Below, piece by piece: positions 20,447 to 29,672 of a stretch of 64,000 nt of DNA (position 1 is its first letter; each line of letters begins with the position of its first letter). Both the position numbers and the translations under genes were made by a program. This DNA comes from a virus. The DNA is taken from UHGV virus genome UHGV-2031204. The stretch is one strand, 5' to 3'. Under the pieces are notes generated by a model. That model did no database searches, was not told the DNA's origin, and saw only the letters and a program-made list of their open reading frames with translations.

Positions 20447-22087
20447 ATGGCCTTAACAACCGACATTATTAATAAGGATCGCGGGTTCCGTGTATGGCGT
20501 CCTGAAGAACTCTATGCGCCGGAACGCCCAACCGGATACGTACCGAACCCGAAAGATCTGATCGTTAACGATATCACCTCCGGTTTCGATATCGTCATAA
20601 GCGTTAACTACGCCAAACCATCGTGGGAAACCGAACCGTGGGGCGGTGTAGGGGTGGCTAATCAAGACGGTCGTCTGAACGGGCACTACCCACTGCGTAG
20701 CGATAAATATCGCGTCTACGTGGATTCTACGAAGCTCCCGGCAACGATGGTGTTAGATAACGCCCTCACCTTTGAAGGACCGGATGTGGACGGGGTGCGC
20801 ATTTTCCGAGGCAGTAAAGTTGACGACAGTGCGGAAATACTCTCCGGCTACTACAAAGACGGTAAATTGAAATACACTTACTTACCGGTCCAGACGATTT
20901 CTGTCGAAGGTGCAGAGCGTGTCGTTAAACAAACGTTACCTGGCGCTTGCTTAGCTGAGGTCGAGAACGGTGAAGAATGTATGTTCGCTGTTTACTCCGA
21001 CGTCGGTAACGTGGTACAAATCGGTCACGCGCACATTATCAAAACGAACCTGGTAATGCCGCAAGAAACACCAGCTCGTACTGTGTTGGGTATTAAGTTA
21101 GTGTCGCCGTTCTTGGTAGACAACGACGGCACCACACTGACGCTGCCGATCAACATGCCAATCGAATCTATACCGCTTTGGTGTGATGTTGTTTACAGCG
21201 ATGGCACAAAACGTCTACCTATCGACCAAGCTCGTGTGAAATTCAACGGATTACGTAACGCAGGTTCACACGACACGTTCTACATCGCTTCTAACTCAGG
21301 CAACACGCTGCCATGCGTACTGAGCTATAAGTTATCCAGAGGTGAAACTTACGGGGGTACCGATGTCGTAGGTGACACCATTGTGAAAAACTATACGGCG
21401 GTAACAGAGCAGGTCGACGGTGCCTACAGCATGAAACTTTTCGTTGTGCCGAGATGGCTGGATGCCACACGCGGTTATCGTCTGGACTTCTTGCTGTATA
21501 ACCTGACACGCGGTAAAGTTTACGATGCAACCGCGCACGTTAACTACACCACGGGCACGACCTTCGATCCGTTACTGATGGGTGTTAAACAACGCCTTAA
21601 CGTTCAGGTCGATATCAGTAAAGTAGACAGTAAATTCCGTGCGTTTATTCAGTCTCAGTCATTCGCTATTACGCTTGTGAACCCAGGTAACGAACTGAAC
21701 TCGAACTTCATTCTGGAATACCTCCCAGACGGTATGAAGTATGGGGAAAACGTGTGGGCGGAATTTAAATACTCCAACGTCAATTATTCTGAAATCGACG
21801 TCAGTAACAAAGTGGCCTCTAAGGCAGAATGGTTGAAGCTGTTGTACGAACCGATTTATCCGTTGTACGACCGCCGTAATGAATCAGAGCCACCTGAACC
21901 AACACACTTCGAAATCCACGTCGGGGGTAAAGTTTACACCTATAGCGTAGATGAGTGGTTGGATAAAAAGGTTATCGACTACCGCGTACCGCTGGACGCT
22001 CCGCTAGTGATTCGTTGGATACGTCGCACACCAACAGATACGTTAAACTTAGCCGCGTCGCCAATGTTGGCGCACCACATCGAATAA
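20447..22087 (+). CDS. hypothetical protein
   Basis: 546-aa ORF starting 3 nt after the upstream stop. Confidence 0.7.
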   Translation: MALTTDIINKDRGFRVWRPEELYAPERPTGYVPNPKDLIVNDITSGFDIVISVNYAKPSWETEPWGGVGVANQDGRLNGHYPLRSDKYRVYVDSTKLPATMVLDNALTFEGPDVDGVRIFRGSKVDDSAEILSGYYKDGKLKYTYLPVQTISVEGAERVVKQTLPGACLAEVENGEECMFAVYSDVGNVVQIGHAHIIKTNLVMPQETPARTVLGIKLVSPFLVDNDGTTLTLPINMPIESIPLWCDVVYSDGTKRLPIDQARVKFNGLRNAGSHDTFYIASNSGNTLPCVLSYKLSRGETYGGTDVVGDTIVKNYTAVTEQVDGAYSMKLFVVPRWLDATRGYRLDFLLYNLTRGKVYDATAHVNYTTGTTFDPLLMGVKQRLNVQVDISKVDSKFRAFIQSQSFAITLVNPGNELNSNFILEYLPDGMKYGENVWAEFKYSNVNYSEIDVSNKVASKAEWLKLLYEPIYPLYDRRNESEPPEPTHFEIHVGGKVYTYSVDEWLDKKVIDYRVPLDAPLVIRWIRRTPTDTLNLAASPMLAHHIE

Positions 22088-22097
22088 ATATAACAAG

Positions 22098-22121
22098 CCT
22101 CCTACCCGAAAGGGTAGGAGG
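22098..22121 (+). terminator. hairpin upstream of terminase gene (weak terminator or attenuator)
   Basis: CCTCCTACCCGAAAGGGTAGGAGG hairpin, no U-tract, overlaps terminase RBS. Confidence 0.3.
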
Positions 22122-22133
22122 TGAGGAGTCTGT

Positions 22134-24242
22134 ATGATACTACGTGAATCGGACTGGCGTTATTATCCAGGCGCTATTGTTGACGATAAAACCACAAACA
22201 AATCGTTTATCAAGTTTGCAAATATCCTAAAAAAGCTGGGTGTAAAGCACTATTATATTCATCTCGCCTTACATAACCCTTTACTGCAAGGGGTCGATCC
22301 TTTTGACGAAAACCTAACGGACGAACAGAAAGCGTACATCGCCATCGAGTGTGCTGAAAACCCTTGGTACTGGTTTCGAGAGTGCGTCAGGGTACCTGCG
22401 GACGGTATGAAATACGGGTCGCCGTTCCGTATCGACCGTGGTAACTTTTCGATGTATTGGATTTTCTTCAACAACATCGACGCCGCCGTCGAATTCCTCC
22501 GTCAGCACGGTAAAACCGTCGGGATGAGCGGATTACTGCTGTGGTTAATTCGGTTTCTGGAAAACTCTCGTACGATTCTTATCACAAAAGGACCGGCACT
22601 GCGTGAAGAAACCATTAACAAACTTAAGCAACTACGTAACGGTCTACCGTCGTACTTGTGGCCAGCACATCCAGACGATCCAGATAACCGCGAAACTTTT
22701 GCGTGTTTAGCCCAGGGTAACAAACTGATTACGGGCATCGGCCAAAACGACCCAGAATCAGCTAACGGTATCGGTCGTGGACTCACCGCTGGTCGTCTGT
22801 TCTCGGACGAAGGACCCTTTACCAAAAACGTACACCACATTCTACCGGCAGCGCTGGCATCCGGTACAGCTGCACGTCGTATTAACGAAGCGGAAGGTGT
22901 TCCTTACGGCAACGTATTCGCAACAACCCCGGGTGACTTAGCGACGGAAGAAGGCAAGTACATGTACGAGCTGATGACGTCAGGGATTATGTGGGATGAG
23001 CGCTATATCGACATTCCAACCCGTAAACAGCTCATTGACATCATCCGTTCTAACTCCACGGCAGAAGTCCCACGTATCATGTTCTACGTGAAGTACAACC
23101 ACCGCCAGCTCGGTACCAGCGATGAGCAATTAGCGGCAATGATTGCGAACGCCAAAGGTACTCCTGACCAGATCCGTCGTGACTTCGGGGGTGAATGGAC
23201 GACCGGTGGCTTGAACAAGCCGTTCTCAGCGGAAGATGCAGATCGTATGAATGCTTCCCGTATGCGTGCTGTGTTTAAAGATATTTCACCACAAAACTAC
23301 GTTACCGACTGGTACTACACCGAAGAGGAGATGATGACGAAGCTCAAAGACCGACACGTCATCGGGTTGGATACCTCTGAGGCTGTGGGTCGAGACGCGA
23401 TCGCCATGTCTATTGTTAACTCTGTGACCGCAGAGTACGCAGGTAAATTAACCGTTAACGAATCTAACGTTATCTCTTTCGCGATTCATTTAGCGGATTT
23501 TATGGTGCGATATCCTAACACGGTACTAATCCTGGAACGGCGGTCTACTGGCTCGTCTGTGGCTGATGCGATTATCCTGCAGTTACAGTCTCGTGTCACG
23601 GACTTACATCGTCGTTTATTTGTGAGAATCACTCAGGACTACTCACGTACGGACGATCTCTACAAAGAGTATCACCGTGGGCCTATTGGTAACGCTGAGA
23701 AGTTCTGGAATAAATTCCGTAAATATATCGGTTTCTCAACCGACCAGGAAAAACGTCGTAAACTGTACGGTGAGGTATTCACCACGGCGTTGCGCTTATC
23801 CGCGGATAAACTCCGTTGCGGAGAACTCATCGACCAGATACTTAACCTCGTGGAGAAAAATGGTCGTATTGACCACAAAGCTTCAGGTCATGACGACCTC
23901 GTGATTTCTTGGTTACTTGCGATGTGGTTATTGCTGCTTGGGAATAACCTGGGGCATTATGAAATCAACAACAGTCGATTGATGATGCGCAATCGTAATT
24001 TAGTCGAAAATCGTGAAGGGGTGGATGAGGAATTACAACTCGAGGAGGAGGCGCGACAGCAGGAACTGATGGGGGAAATTGAGCGTCTTGTGCGAACCAC
24101 AAACGGGTTATTAGACCCGGTTCAAGCAATGGCTGCTCGTAACCGTCTCCAGTCCCTCATTGCTCAACTTAACACTGATACACAAAACGTGGCGTCAATG
24201 GAAAGCTTGAGAGAGCTTATCCAACGCCAGAGGATGAAGTGA
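22134..24242 (+). CDS. terminase large subunit (ATPase plus RNase-H-like nuclease)
   Basis: LRQHGKTVGMSG resembles the T4 gp17-type Walker A (RQLGKT); HVIGLDTSEAVG and GHDDLVISWLLAMW resemble terminase nuclease acidic motifs; GGAGGTGAGGAG RBS. Confidence 0.7.
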   Translation: MILRESDWRYYPGAIVDDKTTNKSFIKFANILKKLGVKHYYIHLALHNPLLQGVDPFDENLTDEQKAYIAIECAENPWYWFRECVRVPADGMKYGSPFRIDRGNFSMYWIFFNNIDAAVEFLRQHGKTVGMSGLLLWLIRFLENSRTILITKGPALREETINKLKQLRNGLPSYLWPAHPDDPDNRETFACLAQGNKLITGIGQNDPESANGIGRGLTAGRLFSDEGPFTKNVHHILPAALASGTAARRINEAEGVPYGNVFATTPGDLATEEGKYMYELMTSGIMWDERYIDIPTRKQLIDIIRSNSTAEVPRIMFYVKYNHRQLGTSDEQLAAMIANAKGTPDQIRRDFGGEWTTGGLNKPFSAEDADRMNASRMRAVFKDISPQNYVTDWYYTEEEMMTKLKDRHVIGLDTSEAVGRDAIAMSIVNSVTAEYAGKLTVNESNVISFAIHLADFMVRYPNTVLILERRSTGSSVADAIILQLQSRVTDLHRRLFVRITQDYSRTDDLYKEYHRGPIGNAEKFWNKFRKYIGFSTDQEKRRKLYGEVFTTALRLSADKLRCGELIDQILNLVEKNGRIDHKASGHDDLVISWLLAMWLLLLGNNLGHYEINNSRLMMRNRNLVENREGVDEELQLEEEARQQELMGEIERLVRTTNGLLDPVQAMAARNRLQSLIAQLNTDTQNVASMESLRELIQRQRMK

Positions 24243-24478
24243 TGGCTCCAATTTACTATTTACTTGTGTTCTTTTCGTGGATAGCGACGTATAAAATGAT
24301 CCGCGAGAGTTACCAAGCGATAAAACAATACGGACGTTCGCAAGGTTTCCCACTACGAAAAACACGGTATGTACAGGCATTTGCAGTATTTGGCCTGATG
24401 GTAGCAGGTTCGTCAGCTACCTATGCGCTAAATATGGTCTACTCTATACACCTCGTGGTAATGTCAGGGCCCCATTGA
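24242..24478 (+). CDS. small membrane protein (two predicted hydrophobic helices)
   Basis: ATG overlaps the terminase stop (TGATG); hydrophobic segments IYYLLVFFSWIATY and AFAVFGLMVAGSSATYAL. Confidence 0.5.
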   Translation: MAPIYYLLVFFSWIATYKMIRESYQAIKQYGRSQGFPLRKTRYVQAFAVFGLMVAGSSATYALNMVYSIHLVVMSGPH

Positions 24479-24496
24479 ACCCAGCTAAAATAAACT

Positions 24497-24537
24497 AGCC
24501 AGTAACCCTAACGGGTTACTGGCTAACTCTTTTTTAT
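24497..24537. terminator. bidirectional intrinsic terminator
   Basis: AGCCAGTAACCCTAACGGGTTACTGGCT hairpin followed by T-run; lies between convergent genes. Confidence 0.75.
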
Positions 24538-25910
24538 TTCTGTAACGACCGGATTAAGAAATATAACAGCAACGCATTACGCAAAGCTGCTAACGCGGAT
24601 TCGTGACGGATGTGTGTTTCCTTCGCCGCCAGTTTCTCAATTCTCGACCGCAAGGATAACACGTACGGGTTCGGTGATTTCGATGCCTGATACAACGCAC
24701 GCATACGCTGCAACACCGTCACCGCATCGTTGAAGTTGATACGGTTGGTAACAATCTCATCAAAAGCGTGTGAGAGTGTATCCTCCATAATGCTATTGAT
24801 TTCATCACGCTTCTTACCGATTGGTAAACTGGCGATATAGGTCAGTAACGTTTTCAGCGCAGCAGGAGATGCTTTGGGCACCATTTCTAGCACCACACGA
24901 GCCAACTCTTCCTTGTACAGATTGTTAATGTCGTAAGACGCATCAAACAGATTCTGTTTTGCAATCTCTAGTGCACCGACTTTATCACGAATCACAGACT
25001 GCCCATCTAACTCGATGCGTGCAGACTGACTAACCACGCGAGTATTCTCACGACGTACACGATCGAGCACCGCGTAGTAGTCTTTCACGGTTTGTTTCGT
25101 ACGTGTATTTAAATCGGTGATATAACGCAGTACCAAGTCGGGAGTATCGAAACGTTTTACGGCGTCGTAGTTCGGGTATTCGGGCGAGCAGAAATACGTT
25201 GCACGTTCTGCCATGTGCAGCCCCCAGTTACCCAAACGACGAATATCGAATTTCATTGAGAGCATCGAATACGCCGCTTCTGCTGCGGGAAGATCAACCG
25301 GTTTCGGAAAGAAGTGATAGTAAATACTCGAGTAGAATTTAAACTGGAGTATCGTCACCAGATCGATGGCTGCAGCGAGGATTTCTTTGTCGCCAAACTT
25401 TGGAATCATCAGGTGCAGCAAATACACGATGGTCAGGTTATACGTATCACCCGCGACCTGCCAATCGGTATTAATCGACTGAGACTCTTTAATCAGTTCC
25501 GACAGATAATCTTCGTCAACGTTAATAACTTCATCGAACAGACGATTACGGTCTGAATCGAAAAAACGGATGCTGTGAACACCGAGGAGGTTCGACCCTA
25601 ACCACTCCACGTTACCTTCACGAGAGAGTATTCCGCTTACGTAGTGGCGCAACTTAGACGCCAATTTGCGATCAATCACGAGTTTATTAAACACGCCGTC
25701 AAACGCTTTACGTAAACGGTCGTCGCGACGGGCTTCGTGTGCAACAGAGAATCCCATCGGGACGTAGCCACCAAAACCGTAGTCGTAGTACAAACCCGAT
25801 GAGGTTTCCGCGCCATCGAAGAACGGATCACGGCCGAACGATTCCTGAGCGACGCGAGTTCCAGCTTTCTGGTAGCAGCCGGATGTAAAATCATAAACCA
25901 GTTCAGCCAT
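24534..25910 (-). CDS. hypothetical protein
   Basis: 458-aa minus-strand ORF, convergent with terminase operon, divergent from the 25984 gene. Confidence 0.7.
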   Translation of the reverse strand: MAELVYDFTSGCYQKAGTRVAQESFGRDPFFDGAETSSGLYYDYGFGGYVPMGFSVAHEARRDDRLRKAFDGVFNKLVIDRKLASKLRHYVSGILSREGNVEWLGSNLLGVHSIRFFDSDRNRLFDEVINVDEDYLSELIKESQSINTDWQVAGDTYNLTIVYLLHLMIPKFGDKEILAAAIDLVTILQFKFYSSIYYHFFPKPVDLPAAEAAYSMLSMKFDIRRLGNWGLHMAERATYFCSPEYPNYDAVKRFDTPDLVLRYITDLNTRTKQTVKDYYAVLDRVRRENTRVVSQSARIELDGQSVIRDKVGALEIAKQNLFDASYDINNLYKEELARVVLEMVPKASPAALKTLLTYIASLPIGKKRDEINSIMEDTLSHAFDEIVTNRINFNDAVTVLQRMRALYQASKSPNPYVLSLRSRIEKLAAKETHIRHESALAALRNALLLYFLIRSLQK

Positions 25911-25930
25911 TAGTGAACCTCGAAATAATT

Positions 25931-25953
25931 ACGGATAGATATTATCCTAGTGA
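25931..25953 (+). promoter_or_regulatory. conserved promoter-like element (GATA/TATC inverted-repeat core)
   Basis: ACGGATAGATATTATCCTAGTGA in divergent intergenic region, 30 nt upstream of ATG 25984. Confidence 0.55.
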
Positions 25954-25983
25954 GAGTCTTATTCTACCTAAAGGAGTTTTAAA

Positions 25984-27108
25984 ATGAGAAATTACTTACG
26001 TAAACCCGTTTGGCACAGAATGCTGCGCGAAGGTACCATCGACCGAAATCAAAACGTCAAAATGTGGGTTCTTCCACACGGCGTAATTTGTGATTTAGTT
26101 CGTGTCGGTGGTATGGACATTTTGCGCAACGGTACCTACGATGCGGTCAACTCGTTTCTTGCACGCGAATTGGCAGAGGCAGGTTTACATGGCGAAATTC
26201 TGTTTTACACCACACGCGTTATTCCACAAACCCTGTCGAAATGGTTAACGTACTGGTTGTCTGGTGATCCTGACGCATCGGACCCAGAACTCAACTCAGT
26301 AACAATTACAACGTTGGGACAATACCCAACGAAACCGCTACCATTTCAGGTAAACGTAGTAGAGCCGTTAATTGTAAAAGCAGGTGACGTCTTCGACACG
26401 ATTAAAGCTAAATCCAGAAACCAAGCGGTTTCACAGTTCCTCGTAGAAACTGAAAATGAGGTGTTTCGCCTGGAACCCGTCCGTAAAACGGATGCCACGT
26501 TACTGGCAGTCACCGACTACGGTGTGGTGTGCCGTTCTACAGAAGGTCACACTTTCCTGTGTACAATTTTGTCTCGTCGTATACAAGCCCAGTTAGCGCA
26601 CTACAAACTGAGTTTGAACGACATCATCGGTACTACGTTACGCATCGAATACACGATGTACACCGATGGCAACAGGTTGTGTAACTACAAGTCACCTATC
26701 GCGTATCGAGCACTGGCGTTAGACAGTCTCGGTGATTGGGTTTCAACGACATACGATGGGCCTTCACCGTTTAAAACAATCCCGACACAACGGCCTGCGT
26801 TGCTGACGGTTACACGCTGCAATCGTGCTGAAATCTACGAGGAAAATGGGGTGATTTATGGCTTAGAACGTGAGACAGGATTAACGCTGTTTCGTTTCCG
26901 CCGAGGCCCAGAATACGGGCGTTACGCTGCCGTTTTCGAACGGGAAGGGGAACAAGAAACCTGGCTATTCGATTCCGATTTCTCGGTTGACGTTATCGAC
27001 CCTGAAGGGTTTATTGCTTCGGTCGGAAATCAGGTGTTCTACGCCACCGGTTACAGTTTGGTCGATGTGAAACTGTACTATCCGTCAAAAGAACTGACGA
27101 CTCTGTAA
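25984..27108 (+). CDS. hypothetical protein (early-promoter-motif gene)
   Basis: 374-aa ORF with CCTAAAGGAG leader and upstream promoter-like motif; strong terminator follows. Confidence 0.7.
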   Translation: MRNYLRKPVWHRMLREGTIDRNQNVKMWVLPHGVICDLVRVGGMDILRNGTYDAVNSFLARELAEAGLHGEILFYTTRVIPQTLSKWLTYWLSGDPDASDPELNSVTITTLGQYPTKPLPFQVNVVEPLIVKAGDVFDTIKAKSRNQAVSQFLVETENEVFRLEPVRKTDATLLAVTDYGVVCRSTEGHTFLCTILSRRIQAQLAHYKLSLNDIIGTTLRIEYTMYTDGNRLCNYKSPIAYRALALDSLGDWVSTTYDGPSPFKTIPTQRPALLTVTRCNRAEIYEENGVIYGLERETGLTLFRFRRGPEYGRYAAVFEREGEQETWLFDSDFSVDVIDPEGFIASVGNQVFYATGYSLVDVKLYYPSKELTTL

Positions 27109-27118
27109 AAAATATTCT

Positions 27119-27156
27119 GGGGAGACTTCGGTCTCCCCCGTTTTTATTTTTTTTTG
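27119..27156 (+). terminator. intrinsic terminator
   Basis: GGGGAGACTTCGGTCTCCCC hairpin with TTCG loop followed by long T-run. Confidence 0.8.
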
Positions 27157-27659
27157 CCCAAAATCAAAAAACGCGATGAGAGCGATTCTAACGCATTTTT
27201 CTTCCAGGTGGTACGTTCGTACCCCTTACCCACGTTTATCTCTCCAGAGAGCTTCCTACGAAGAATTTGAGGGTGTTTTGGTTGTGGGTTTTGAATTTAT
27301 TTTCACTCAACGCCATGAAACCGCGATTTTGTCGTTCGTGCTGTCACGCCAACCCCTATCCCTGGGTGGGACGAAAACCCACCCCATCGTAAAACGCTCT
27401 AAAACGCTTTTTGACGCAAAAATCTTCTCAAGGGGTACACTTGGGTACCCGAACCCCGTTTAATTCGTTACAGCTCGATTGAGAGCGTCTGAGGGGCATT
27501 CCCCTCGACCAGTTCCACCCCACCCTCGGGTCGGCGAACCGGCCGCCGCGACGATCAAAAAAACATTCACGCTTCGCGTACTAGCGGATCAGCTGGATTG
27601 ATCAACTTACTGAATCTTCACACACTGAAGATTCAGGTTGAGTAGTTCTCTAGCTTTGG

Positions 27660-27940
27660 TTTTTTGATCTTTTAAAATTTTTAATACTCTTCGAGAGACT
27701 TAGTGTCTCTCGAATCGATCTTAAATTTTTAACTCTTTCAAAAATCTGATCTCAAGATCTCTTCCTTATACGCGTGTGCGCACGCACACGTATAGTATAA
27801 TATATTTATTTATAAATATATTATTCCTTTAGGATCAAAATAATAATACCTTTAGGTATTATTTAATTATATATTTTAATATATATTATATATAAATATA
27901 TATAAAACGCGCGCGATCCTTATTATGAGATCTGATCTCG
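27660..27940. other. candidate replication origin or DNA-unwinding element: AT-rich core with palindromes, flanked by a GATC cluster
   Basis: Eight GATC sites between 27666 and 27937; ~115-bp almost pure A/T core with palindrome AATAATACCTTTAGGTATTATT; no credible ORF. Confidence 0.3.
27767..27794. repeat. alternating pyrimidine-purine tract (Z-DNA-prone)
   Basis: TATACGCGTGTGCGCACGCACACGTATA at the edge of the AT-rich core; a second CGCGCGCG tract at 27908..27915. Confidence 0.8.
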
Positions 27941-28802
27941 CTATGACCCCCCTGAGGGGGTAGGGATCGGTGAGCGGTATTTTCCAGAAAAAACCGAAAA
28001 TCGTACCCGGGGTAATTCGCCAGGGTAAAATCCCCACCTGGGGGATCGGGTAGGGGTCTACCCCGAACACCTGACCGAGGGGTGTAAAACCCATTCCCCT
28101 TTTTCGAACGTTAAAACCCTATGGTATGTTCGGAGGATTTGCGTGGGATGATTTACAAATCCAACCACGAAGATTTTTCGGAGTTCAGGAGTTTACTGCT
28201 CACAGCTCAAACACGATTTCTGTCTGCGAAGATTCAGCAGAGCTCGAAGCCCCCTGACCGGATGTTGGTTTGGGGGTTGTTTTTTCGAGTGCATGGAATT
28301 TATTTCGCCGTGTACTGGGAAAAACAAAACGTTCAGCCTAACACTGGAGTTTGTTTTACTATGGGGTTTGAAAATCGATTTGCCAATCGAACTTACCCCG
28401 AGGGATTTTTGGAATCCCCAGAGTTCAGGTGCTCGGTACCGTTTCCCCGACTTACGAGTGTTGGGGAGCCCGCGCTATCAGTGACGCGTGGACCACATGA
28501 GAAAATCCGAGGGAACCGTGGCAGCCTCTGGGAGCGACGTTGGCGAAAGGTCCGTAGAACTTACCTGCGGGCAGCCGACGGTGGGATACGCTCCCAGAGG
28601 TGCGGCCAGAATGCGAATTACGACGTTGCGTCGAATGACCCTGCTCCAGGTAGCGCTGGCAGTGTGATGTCCTCTAGCTTGACGGCTCGCAAAGACGAGA
28701 GGGGTGCGTACTCCCGTTGAGAAACGCCGGTACGCAGCTGAATTATTTTTTTTTACAGCGTTTCCTGTTGGTGTGACACAAACCACGGCAGGAGATTTTA
28801 AT
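27940..28802 (+). other. hairpin-dense non-coding segment (candidate structured RNA or array of protein-binding palindromes)
   Basis: Stacked inverted repeats: CCCCCTGAGGGGG, AAAACAAA/TTTGTTTT, GGGATTTTTGGAATCCC, and a perfect 12-bp repeat CCTCTGGGAGCG/CGCTCCCAGAGG (28525..28536 and 28589..28600); only SD-less, Arg-rich ORFs. Confidence 0.3.
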
Positions 28803-29165
28803 ATGGATTCCAAAAACACCACTAACGTGGAATTGGATGTTCAGTACAGGCTCGATGAGTTGGCAGCTCTGTTAAAAGCCCCGGAGGACTGGGGATGCAC
28901 GGAGCCAGCGTTACTTGATTTGATCAAGAGCGTGCGGATTTACCAACCCGTCGAGATTTACATCACGGTAGTTGTGGAAGTTCACGATGGTTATTGCGTG
29001 GAACACATCCCTAGCCCTATTGCGCATTATCCGAGCTATCGAGAGTGTCTCCTGGTAGCCGTTCGTGAAGGCTTGGCTCGTGCGATTCGTGAACATGTTA
29101 CGCGATGCACGAACCCGATGGCAGCTGTTGATCAGGTGGACAGCAATGAGTTAGGAATTCTGTGA
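28803..29165 (+). CDS. hypothetical protein
   Basis: ATG 28803 after GGAG at 28791; stop overlaps the HslV-like start; ORF track 5' extension lacks an RBS. Confidence 0.6.
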   Translation: MDSKNTTNVELDVQYRLDELAALLKAPEDWGCTEPALLDLIKSVRIYQPVEIYITVVVEVHDGYCVEHIPSPIAHYPSYRECLLVAVREGLARAIREHVTRCTNPMAAVDQVDSNELGIL

Positions 29166-29665
29166 TGACCACGATTGTTTTTGACGGAAAGACGTTAGCT
29201 TGCGACGGTCAAGTCACCGTGGAAGAGCGTAGTGCTGCCACGCAATACCGTAAGATCCACACGCCGCCCGAGGGTACGACGTGGAATCTTTTGGGTGAAG
29301 ACGTAAAAGCGTTTGGTTTGGCAGGCGATGTCGCCGCATTGCAATCTGTGCGTCAAGAACTCACGCTTGAACGTTTCGGTGGTATCGAACGGGGTGGGGT
29401 TCGTTTTGAAACGACGTATCCCGAACAGATTGATTTTATCGTACTTGCTGTTTTGACAGACGGGCGCGTTATCGACGCCTCGAAATGCAAAGACAACAAA
29501 TACGCCAGTTACGTGTTTGTAGAGCCACCGTATGCGATAGGCTCAGGTGCACACTATGCCCTGGGTGCGTTAGGCGCAGGCGTTGACGCCCCCACTGCGG
29601 TGGAAGTGGCGAAACGTTACGACCTGTACAGCGGTGGACAAACGCAATCACTTAAGCTGTTTTGA
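29165..29665 (+). CDS. hslV: HslV-like Ntn-hydrolase peptidase (proteasome beta-type)
   Basis: MTTIVFDGKTLACDGQVT matches HslV [22 protein letters not shown] including the Thr nucleophile after Met; AFGLAGDVAA resembles AGFAGGTADA; YAIGSGAHYALGALGAG resembles IAIGSGGPYAQAAARAL; ~166 aa. Confidence 0.75.
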   Translation: MTTIVFDGKTLACDGQVTVEERSAATQYRKIHTPPEGTTWNLLGEDVKAFGLAGDVAALQSVRQELTLERFGGIERGGVRFETTYPEQIDFIVLAVLTDGRVIDASKCKDNKYASYVFVEPPYAIGSGAHYALGALGAGVDAPTAVEVAKRYDLYSGGQTQSLKLF

Positions 29666-29672
29666 TGTATTA

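Noticed and set aside
27176-27463. 95-aa ORF just after the 27119 terminator
   Set aside because: No Shine-Dalgarno sequence, lies in palindrome-rich sequence, translation lacks protein-like composition.
28121-28720. 199-aa ORF inside the hairpin-dense non-coding segment
   Set aside because: Weak or absent RBS, Arg/Ser/Gly-rich random-like translation, and the frame passes through several perfect inverted repeats; more likely structured RNA/DNA than CDS.
27109-28802. Degraded hslU (AAA+ partner of HslV) hidden in the non-coding arm
   Set aside because: No Walker A (GPTGxGKT) or other AAA+ remnants in any frame that I could read; the region looks structural (hairpins, AT core) rather than like a decayed gene.
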